Assembly: GCA_020348445.1 (NCBI GenBank) | Contig: CP070751.1 | Location: 3,089,702-3,153,701 of the forward strand | Origin: Thermoplasmata archaeon | GTDB lineage: Archaea; Thermoplasmatota; Thermoplasmata; GCA-020350865 | Direction: 5' to 3' | Length of the DNA: 64,000 bases | Part shown: positions 9,010 to 16,797 of the stretch, in pieces | Layout of the letters: the number at the start of each line of letters is the position of its first letter | Numbering within the stretch: position 1 is the first letter of the stretch | Notes under the pieces: model-generated | Database searches by the model: none | Told to the model about the DNA's origin: nothing | What the model saw: the letters and a program-made list of their open reading frames with translations, nothing else | Program-made: the position numbers and the translations under genes

Positions 9010-10572
9010 TTATACTCCAAAACCACCGTATATCTTCCTTAGTTCCCTGTGTAATATCTTGCCTGTTGTGGTTCTGGGCATTTCTTCGGGTTTGATAAAA
9101 TCCACGCTCTTGGGTTTCTTGTAGCCAGCCATTTTATCCTTGCAGAATTCTATGATCTCGGGTTCAGAAGGTTCTTCTCCGTTTTTGGGAATCACGACTG
9201 CCTTTACCGCTTCACCCCACTTATCATGGGGAACGCCGATTACTGCAACGTCAAATACCTTGGGATGCTGGGATATCACCTCCTCAACCTCGGAAGGATA
9301 TACATGTTCCCCACCTGTAATGATCATATTCGCCTTTCTGTCCACCAGGGTATAGTAGCCCTCCTTGTCCCTCTTTGCCATATCCCCTGCACTAAAAAAG
9401 TCGCCCCTAAAGGAATCCTTTGTTTTATCAGGGAGCTTATAATATTCATCAAACATCTGTGGACCACGGGAAAAAAGCTCTCCCACCTCGCCGGGGCCCA
9501 CTTCCTTTCCTTCATCATCTAACAGTTTGATTGAATCAGTTCCAACACATTCCCTCCCGATGGACCCAAGCCTGTCCAATTGCTCTTCAGGTCTGAGGAG
9601 GGTAACAAGTCCCGCTTCTGTTGAACCGTAGGCTTCAAAAAGCGCTGCATTGGGAAAGAACTTCATGATATCCAATTTGGTTTGCCTTCTAACTGGAGCC
9701 GATGAACAAAGAAGTTGCTTAATTGAACTTCCGTCAAAATTCTTCTTGACCTCCTCTGGTGCATTGAGGATGAGGTTGTAGTGGGTGGGAATCATGGAGC
9801 TGAATGTGATCTTCTCTTTGTCTATTATCTCAAGGACCTTTTTGGGATCAAAACCTTTCTCTAAGAGAACGTAAACAGAGGCTCCAATATATGTAAAGAC
9901 GAATGAATAGAATGTTGAGTTCACATGGCAAAGGGGCATGAGAATGAGGGCGTAATCATTAAGGGTATATCCAAACTCCACCTCATTTACCAGAAAGAAT
10001 GCAATATATGATTCATGAGATCTCAGCACACCTTTTGGAGTACCAGTTGTTCCCGATGTATAAAGAAGAATCCAGGTGTCTTTACCCTCTACCTTGACTT
10101 CAGGTTCGGAATCAGAGCCTGTGGAAACCAAGTCCTCGAAATTCCTGTAACCCTCGGGAGTCTCTTCTCCAATAAATACGAAATTCGAAGATGGAGCGTT
10201 GGGTAAGTTCCCTCTGATTGCATCAACATTTTTTACAAATTCATCCCTAACTATCACGGCTTTTGCATCCGAGTTGTTGATTATATATTCCGTGTCCTTT
10301 GGGGCGAGTCGCCAATTAATAGGTACAACCACGATACCTGCTTTGGCAACTGCAGTATAAATCTCCATGAACTCAAGGCAATTTGTGGATATCACAGCCA
10401 GTCTGTCTCCTTTTTTCAGTCCAATGTTAATAAGACCGTTTGCAAGTCGGCAGGATCTGCTGTTGTATTCTGCAAAACTTAACTGTCTTTTAGCATCCTT
10501 AACTGCGAGTTTATTTCCAAATTTTTGTGCATTTACTTTGAGTATTTCTCCCATATTGAGCCATGCTGTCAT
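9010..10572 (-). CDS. Long-chain acyl-CoA synthetase / AMP-dependent CoA ligase
   Basis: ANL motifs YTSGTTGTPKG, YGSTE, SAGD, GGEHVYPSEVE, TGKILH. Confidence 0.93.
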   Translation of the reverse strand: MTAWLNMGEILKVNAQKFGNKLAVKDAKRQLSFAEYNSRSCRLANGLINIGLKKGDRLAVISTNCLEFMEIYTAVAKAGIVVVPINWRLAPKDTEYIINNSDAKAVIVRDEFVKNVDAIRGNLPNAPSSNFVFIGEETPEGYRNFEDLVSTGSDSEPEVKVEGKDTWILLYTSGTTGTPKGVLRSHESYIAFFLVNEVEFGYTLNDYALILMPLCHVNSTFYSFVFTYIGASVYVLLEKGFDPKKVLEIIDKEKITFSSMIPTHYNLILNAPEEVKKNFDGSSIKQLLCSSAPVRRQTKLDIMKFFPNAALFEAYGSTEAGLVTLLRPEEQLDRLGSIGRECVGTDSIKLLDDEGKEVGPGEVGELFSRGPQMFDEYYKLPDKTKDSFRGDFFSAGDMAKRDKEGYYTLVDRKANMIITGGEHVYPSEVEEVISQHPKVFDVAVIGVPHDKWGEAVKAVVIPKNGEEPSEPEIIEFCKDKMAGYKKPKSVDFIKPEEMPRTTTGKILHRELRKIYGGFGV

Positions 10573-10596
10573 GCTTACTCCCCCTCTAAATTTGCT

Positions 10597-11400
10597 TTAC
10601 TCCCTACTATGCTCAGCAAACCTTTCTTTGGCATACAGTGCCGCACCAAAGGCCCCTGCAAATTGGGCATTTTCAGGTATATGGACTTTTACGTTTAACT
10701 GTTTTTCCAAAATCTCCCCAATAAGAGGATTGTGGGAAATAACACCCCCAGTTAATATTACGGCACCATCAAGAGTTTCCATCTCAGCAATTCTTTTTAC
10801 AACCGAAATAAAGGCGCCCTTTACCATGTTTTCCTTGGATTCTCCTTCTTTGATTTTCTCCAGGATTTCGGTTGATGTGAAAACCGTACAAAAGCTCCCG
10901 AGCACGATATCCTTTGTTGCCCCCCTCGCCAGTTCATCAAGATAATTGGGGGATATGTCCAGTTTAAATGCGATCTCCTCCAAAAATGCTCCTGTTCCTG
11001 CAGCGCATTTTCTATTCATCTTGAAGTTTATTATCTTACCGTCTTTATCCAGTTTAATAACCTTGTTGTCTTGACCACCTATATCTATTACTGCCATTGG
11101 TTGGTTTTTATCTTTATATGCATACCGCCCACCCTTACTGTGACATGATATTTCGGTTCTCATTTCATTGGCAAATTCCACATTTTCTCTCCCGTAACCT
11201 GTGGCCACGATGTACTTTATCAAATCCCTTGAAATGTTTGCAGAGTCCAAAGCTTCCTGCAATGCATCCTCAGCCAGTTTCCCCAAATTCGTTGTGGTCC
11301 TTTTTACAGAATGACCCAGAATTTGGCATTCGGAATCAATTACCACGGCTTTTGTGGCTGATGCTCCCACATCCACTCCAGCAAAGTAATTTTCACTCAC
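10597..11400 (-). CDS. 2-hydroxyacyl-CoA dehydratase activator (HgdC/BcrA-D, ASKHA ATPase)
   Basis: GVDVGASATK, ATGYGR, EISCH, IDIGGQDNK, KCAAGTG; both cluster-ligating Cys are present. Confidence 0.92.
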   Translation of the reverse strand: MSENYFAGVDVGASATKAVVIDSECQILGHSVKRTTTNLGKLAEDALQEALDSANISRDLIKYIVATGYGRENVEFANEMRTEISCHSKGGRYAYKDKNQPMAVIDIGGQDNKVIKLDKDGKIINFKMNRKCAAGTGAFLEEIAFKLDISPNYLDELARGATKDIVLGSFCTVFTSTEILEKIKEGESKENMVKGAFISVVKRIAEMETLDGAVILTGGVISHNPLIGEILEKQLNVKVHIPENAQFAGAFGAALYAKERFAEHSRE

Positions 11401-12643
11401 CTTTACTTTCCTCCAGCTGCTCTATAAATGCTTCAATATTCGTCTTAGCCTGCTCCTCTGAATAGCACCTAAGATCATTTAGATCGCCGCTTATTATGAG
11501 GGTGGGTATTCCCATATTCTCCCTGAGCCTAGCGGGCATACCATATCGGGCATTGGAATTGTTTGGACAGGTCTTAGAATCGTGGAATATGATCCCATCG
11601 ATTTTGAATTTCTTAACCATATCAGCTATATACTGTTCTTTGATTCTCTCGGACCTGTTGATAAATATCTCAGTGTACGCCTTTGCCATACTGTAAAAAG
11701 GTTCATTTGGATCAAAGGAATCAAATATCCAACTGTTACAGTATGTTGATGCCACGATACATGTCTTCAAACTCGCAAACTGTTCTGATAATGGCCTAAG
11801 TTTTCCCCAAATCGGCATACCGTCCCAGTAAAGCCTGAATCTTTCTCCTTCCACAGCTGCGATTCCGTTTTTTATCCTGTCCTCCATCTCGGTCTTCAGT
11901 TCTTTGTAGTAATCCACTGCCTTTTGTAAACCTCTCATAACCACGATTGGTCCCATGTGTATTGTTCCGTCAAAGAAGGTTAAGGGGGAGGGGACATGGG
12001 CTGCAGTTTCCAATACCTCTCTCCAGAGCGTGGTGCCCTCCTTAGAGAGCCTGACAGCCTCGTTTAGGGCCTCGGGCTCGAACTTGTTTCCTGATATCCT
12101 TTCCAAAGGCTTTACCATGGATTTCAGCTGTTCCTCTACATCCCTTATATGATGCTCTTCTAATACATCAACGGCTTTTGGGGCGTTCACACCGAGGATT
12201 GGTACATTGAATTCTCTTGAAAAATAGGATAACCATTCCTGTACATCCCTGCATTGATTTGTATTATAGGCCAAAACATCGGGTTTAGGAATGGATTCGA
12301 TTTCATAGGCTTTGGTAAGGGGGGTTTGATTTTTCAAGTATGCCCCCACATCGCTTGTGAGGTAAGAGCATATGTCAGGTGAATACCCTGCTGCATTGGC
12401 AATTGGTATATAGTCATTGCTCTTTCTTGTTGAGCCCAGCATTGCTGCATGGTTTTCAGGAAAGTATAGTTTGAATCCGAAGGCAGTAAGTAGCTCCGCA
12501 GGCCCTACACTCGTGCACCATGCCACCTTTTGACTATCGTCTTTTACAGCAGAATCTGCCTCTAAGAAATGCTCTGCCATGATCCTTTTAAAATGTGATG
12601 TCGCCTTGATCTTCTTTCTTTTGGTATTCTCTGCAGATGGCAT
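11393..12643 (-). CDS. 2-hydroxyacyl-CoA dehydratase subunit (HgdA/B, FldB/C, benzoyl-CoA reductase B/C family)
   Basis: PENHAA, GYSPDICSY, NQCRD, RLYWDGMP, KTCPN, GDLND. Overlaps the activator gene by 8 nt. Confidence 0.88.
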   Translation of the reverse strand: MPSAENTKRKKIKATSHFKRIMAEHFLEADSAVKDDSQKVAWCTSVGPAELLTAFGFKLYFPENHAAMLGSTRKSNDYIPIANAAGYSPDICSYLTSDVGAYLKNQTPLTKAYEIESIPKPDVLAYNTNQCRDVQEWLSYFSREFNVPILGVNAPKAVDVLEEHHIRDVEEQLKSMVKPLERISGNKFEPEALNEAVRLSKEGTTLWREVLETAAHVPSPLTFFDGTIHMGPIVVMRGLQKAVDYYKELKTEMEDRIKNGIAAVEGERFRLYWDGMPIWGKLRPLSEQFASLKTCIVASTYCNSWIFDSFDPNEPFYSMAKAYTEIFINRSERIKEQYIADMVKKFKIDGIIFHDSKTCPNNSNARYGMPARLRENMGIPTLIISGDLNDLRCYSEEQAKTNIEAFIEQLEESKGE

Positions 12644-12840
12644 GGAAATACACCTTTTGGAATTCCTTTAGTCTGGGACCAAGTTACCTCATAGAAAAGC
12701 TAGTAAATAATTGTTTTTCCTGGAGGATGATAGAGAAAGGGAGATTTATTCTTATAAACCACCTATAGGAAAATAATTTCGCATTACCAAAAAAATCTTA
12801 GTATATAAAATTCATTATCCTTTGAAAGGAGGAGGATATC

Positions 12841-13275
12841 ATGAAGCTGAAAAGCAATGATTTTGAAGAAGGTGCGATGATACCATCCTTATTCACGTGT
12901 GATGATAGGGATGTTTCACCGCATCTGGTTTGGGAGGATGTCCCAGAAGGAACCAAGAGCTTTGCCCTGATTGTGGACGACCCCGACGCTCCTATGGGCA
13001 CATGGGTTCACTGGCTAATGTGCAACATACCACCTGAGATCAAAGAAATCCCAAGGGCAACTGTTCCAACAGGTGCCCTTCAGGTGAAAAACGACTTCGG
13101 GAGGGTAAATTACGGTGGTCCGTGCCCGCCAAGCGGGGTGCATAGGTACTTCTTCAAGCTCTATGCCCTCAACATAGGTGCCTTGGAAGGAGTAAACGAA
13201 AAAAATATCTATCAAAAGGTCCAGGAGCACAAAATAGCCGAAGCAGTCCTAATGGGGAAGTATTCGAGGAGATAA
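12841..13275 (+). CDS. YbhB/YbcL family PEBP (Raf-kinase-inhibitor-like) protein
   Basis: DDPDAP, WVHW, YGGPCPPSGVHRYFF motifs; GGAGGAGG RBS. Confidence 0.93.
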   Translation: MKLKSNDFEEGAMIPSLFTCDDRDVSPHLVWEDVPEGTKSFALIVDDPDAPMGTWVHWLMCNIPPEIKEIPRATVPTGALQVKNDFGRVNYGGPCPPSGVHRYFFKLYALNIGALEGVNEKNIYQKVQEHKIAEAVLMGKYSRR

Positions 13276-13290
13276 AACCTTCCTAAAAAA

Positions 13291-14232
13291 TCAAACCACC
13301 AACTTCCCATCATCCATAATCAGCTTGTCATCGGCCCAAAGGGTGGGTTCCTTAATTATACCATCTATATGGATTCCAGCCCTGACCTTCCCCCCAAAGG
13401 TGGAATTGTCGCCCAATGCGACATGAACTGTACCTTTCACCTTCTCATCCTCCAGGACATTGCCAATGATCCTGGCCTTTGGATTCATACCTATTCCAAC
13501 CTCGGCTATATTCCTTCCTTCCTTCCCCCTTTGCGATATCTGTTTTGCTATCTCCTTCGTACCTCCGATTCTCTTTGCGTAACCATCTTTGACATCAATG
13601 GTCACAGGGTTTTCAAGAATTTCCCAGAAGGCTCCGTCAATTATCAACTTGCCATTGGCTGTGCCTTCTTTTGGGGCGATGAAAACCTCCCCCGCAGGGA
13701 GGTTCATGAACTCGCCCTTTTTGTGACAGATACCTGTATCCTTCAACCACTTTCGCCCGTCCACCCTCACTTCAAAATCGGTCCCCATATCCGTTGTGAT
13801 TTTTATTACCTTGCTTCCCTCCAAGGTCTTTGCCAGCTTTTTTACCCCTTTCTCCACCTCTTTAAAATCTGCAGTCATTCCGCCAGAACTCATCATTTTA
13901 GTAATTATCCCAGGCATGGTTGCGATCCTTGCACCGGCCCTGTTGGCACGTTTTCTCGCCTGGGTATGGGTGACGGAGTACTGCGTCGGTGCAATCACTA
14001 CATCCACGTGCCTCATCATTTCGGCAATTGGTCTTGGGGGTTCTGCTCCGTGTCTTGCCCCCGGAAGCATCTTTACAATAAGGGCATCAGCCTTGGTTTC
14101 TTCCTTAGCCACCTGAAAAAGTGCCTCTCCTATGTTTTCCTTTTCGGTATCCGTTAGAATTAGTACAACTTCACCTCTCTTAACACCCATACAGATGTTA
14201 ACAGCTGTCCTTGCCCCGTCAATCAGTGCCAT
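13291..14232 (-). CDS. Aminopeptidase, peptidase M29 (AmpS/AmpT-like leucyl aminopeptidase)
   Basis: NLPAGEVF, AEVGIGMN, EDEK..GTVHVALGDN, HID metal-ligand motifs. Confidence 0.87.
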   Translation of the reverse strand: MALIDGARTAVNICMGVKRGEVVLILTDTEKENIGEALFQVAKEETKADALIVKMLPGARHGAEPPRPIAEMMRHVDVVIAPTQYSVTHTQARKRANRAGARIATMPGIITKMMSSGGMTADFKEVEKGVKKLAKTLEGSKVIKITTDMGTDFEVRVDGRKWLKDTGICHKKGEFMNLPAGEVFIAPKEGTANGKLIIDGAFWEILENPVTIDVKDGYAKRIGGTKEIAKQISQRGKEGRNIAEVGIGMNPKARIIGNVLEDEKVKGTVHVALGDNSTFGGKVRAGIHIDGIIKEPTLWADDKLIMDDGKLVV

Positions 14233-14605
14233 CGGGTTCTCCCCCAGTGTTATCCGAATCGCCGTTATTCATTTTATAGGATATCAATTTATTGGCTTCC
14301 ATTATATTAAAAAGCTCACCCACCCTTTCATATACTGGATCTACTTCCTCTCCGTACTCATTCAAAAGAGCCTTTCCAATCTCCCTTACAGTTCTTTTTC
14401 CGTCGCATAATTTCCATACAAATGATCCATATTTGTCCAGGTTCACGGAATAGGTTGGCTCCTTTTTTATGAGGCTGCAGAACCTTTGACCCAATCTGCT
14501 TCTGAACCTAGGAACCTTCACTGATACGGTCTCTTTCTCCTCCCATTCGTATACTCTAATAGGTATCATGTCAAGGATGTTCTTTGTCTCTTTTTTCCCC
14601 GCCAT
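14219..14605 (-). CDS. PqqD-family (RRE-like) small protein
   Basis: LD..GSFVWKLCDGKRTV.EI...L..EY winged-helix signature. Confidence 0.82.
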   Translation of the reverse strand: MAGKKETKNILDMIPIRVYEWEEKETVSVKVPRFRSRLGQRFCSLIKKEPTYSVNLDKYGSFVWKLCDGKRTVREIGKALLNEYGEEVDPVYERVGELFNIMEANKLISYKMNNGDSDNTGGEPDGTD

Positions 14606-14661
14606 TCTTCATTTAACCTCCAAAATATACATTTTACAAATTACGGTAATATTAGATAATA

Positions 14662-16626
14662 TCACTCCAATTGATCCTCTTCAAGGCTCTTTTGTCCGAA
14701 CCACCAAAGCATGAACGCCAAAAACAGAAATATCATTACTCCAAGAATGATGATGGGTTCACCAATAATGGCCAAAGATACTCCATTTACAACGAGAACA
14801 GCAAGAATGATGCCCATCAGGGCCTCCCCCGCTATTAGACCAGAAGCAAACAGCACACCTTTATTATGAACCTTCTCCTTTATTTTTTCAAGTTTTGATT
14901 CTCTTGCCTTTTCATCGCCCATTGCAGAGACTTCTTGTGAGTATTTCTCATCAACTTTTCTATCCACGAGAAGATGTACTATGCCTCCTAACATTATGGG
15001 AATCGTTAAAGAGAACGGCAGATAAAGGCCTATTGCTATGGGTAACACAGGTTTTTTCAGTATTATCAAAAGGACTGCCAGCTCCATGCCAAAGAAAACC
15101 ATTAACCAGTTCATCCTGCCTCCGAAAATTCCCTCCACTATTCCCTTCATTGCCAGGGCCTGAGGTGCAGGTAGGTTTTCGCTGCCTATGCCGTACGCCG
15201 CATGCAGAACAGTGAGGGTAGGGGCGATCACAACAGCTGCAACGGCCACGCCTATGAACATGGATATCTGCAGGTATTTTGGCGTGGAGCCCATGAGCTG
15301 TCCGGTTTTCAGGCTCTGTGTGACATCCCCGGCAATGGCGGCACAGCAGCATATCAATGCTGCAACGCCTATTGCTGTTGCCATTCCTATTTCACCTCTA
15401 GCCCCCAAAATAAACAGGACAATGGACATGATAAGCAGTGTGGCTATGGTCACACCCGAGATGGGATTGTTGGAGCTGCCGATTATGCCAGCAAGATAAC
15501 CTGCTACAGTTGTGAATAGAAAGGCAGCGACAAAACCTATTATTGCCGCAAAAAACGCCTGGATGAAACTTCCAGAAAGAAAGTAGTATATTGCAAAAAT
15601 CGGGATGACCAGCAGTCCCGCCACTATTAGAGATTTTCGTACGGACAGGTCCTCCTCAGTTCTTATGACAGTCTCCACCTCCACCATGGCATCTTTGGAG
15701 GGAAAGGCCTTTTTTACACCTGCAATTATCGCCTTTCGCATTGTCCACAATGTCCAGAAGCTGCCCACTATCATGGTGCCTACGCCCACAAAAATCAGAT
15801 GGTCGAACCTGATCTGATTGAAGGCAGCCACCATATCAGTTATAACTACACCATCTTCATCCACCGGCAGTCCGTTTACAGCGATTATTATAGGGGCTAT
15901 GATCACCCAACCAATAATACCACCCATTAGGATCAGGGAGGCTATCCTAGCTCCAATAATGTACCCAACCCCCAATAACGCAACAGATAAATCTGATCCT
16001 CCGTATAGATTTGCGCGGCCTGCTGAGGCAACTCCCTCCACCTTGTCCTTCCATAATCCTATAGCATGCTCCCTGCCATCAACGATTAAGGATGCACCCA
16101 TCTTGAAAAACGCGCCAATTCCCAAGGCTCCAAAGACATAGCTTGCGGCCTTGCCTCCTTTTTCTGCCGCTATAATGACTTCTGCAGATGCCACTCCCTC
16201 GGGAAATGGGAGGTCCAGGTCAATGATGAGTATCTTCCTTAAAAGAACTGTGAACAATACACCGAGGATACCCCCTACAAGGGCAACAGCTGTGGTGATA
16301 CCATAATCGATTGTGTCCCATACACCTATTATGACCAAAGCAGGTATAGTGAAAATAACCCCTGCGGCCAGGGATTCCCCTGTGGAGGCCATGGTCTTGG
16401 ATACAGTTATTTCCAAAACAGTTCCCTTCAGGCCTTTGAATACGGCAGCAGATATGACTGCTGCTGGAATAGCAGCTGAGACCGTCATCCCAACCTTGAG
16501 GCCGAGGTAGGCGTTGGCGGCGGCCATCACCACAGACAAAATCAGACCGAGAACAAGGGCCCGAACCGTGATTTCGAGCATCTTGACTTCGGGTCGTACG
16601 TATGGTACAAACTCCTCATCCGCCAA
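14662..16626 (-). CDS. OPT-family oligopeptide transporter
   Basis: NAYLGLKVG, LPFPEG, LKTG, PAPQA, SGLIAGE motifs; many TM helices; TTG start. Confidence 0.93.
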   Translation of the reverse strand: MADEEFVPYVRPEVKMLEITVRALVLGLILSVVMAAANAYLGLKVGMTVSAAIPAAVISAAVFKGLKGTVLEITVSKTMASTGESLAAGVIFTIPALVIIGVWDTIDYGITTAVALVGGILGVLFTVLLRKILIIDLDLPFPEGVASAEVIIAAEKGGKAASYVFGALGIGAFFKMGASLIVDGREHAIGLWKDKVEGVASAGRANLYGGSDLSVALLGVGYIIGARIASLILMGGIIGWVIIAPIIIAVNGLPVDEDGVVITDMVAAFNQIRFDHLIFVGVGTMIVGSFWTLWTMRKAIIAGVKKAFPSKDAMVEVETVIRTEEDLSVRKSLIVAGLLVIPIFAIYYFLSGSFIQAFFAAIIGFVAAFLFTTVAGYLAGIIGSSNNPISGVTIATLLIMSIVLFILGARGEIGMATAIGVAALICCCAAIAGDVTQSLKTGQLMGSTPKYLQISMFIGVAVAAVVIAPTLTVLHAAYGIGSENLPAPQALAMKGIVEGIFGGRMNWLMVFFGMELAVLLIILKKPVLPIAIGLYLPFSLTIPIMLGGIVHLLVDRKVDEKYSQEVSAMGDEKARESKLEKIKEKVHNKGVLFASGLIAGEALMGIILAVLVVNGVSLAIIGEPIIILGVMIFLFLAFMLWWFGQKSLEEDQLE

Positions 16627-16797
16627 ATCAACTACCCTGCATGGGAAAGAAGTAGGGGTTTAAAAAAATAATCCACGTTTTCCACTACCCAAGGCGTAAA
16701 TTATGTCAAAAGCCATACTTCAGGCCAAATAAAAAGAAAAAATCCAATCATCGTATCGTGGAAATATTGGTGAACATTAACTTGTTGTTTATTAAAT

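Noticed and set aside
13369-14157. 262-aa plus-strand ORF (similarly 10367-10945, 27187-27837, 18191-18709 and the many short ORFs in the track)
   Set aside because: They lie antisense to or in alternate frames of well-supported genes and have no recognisable motifs. They are shadow ORFs.
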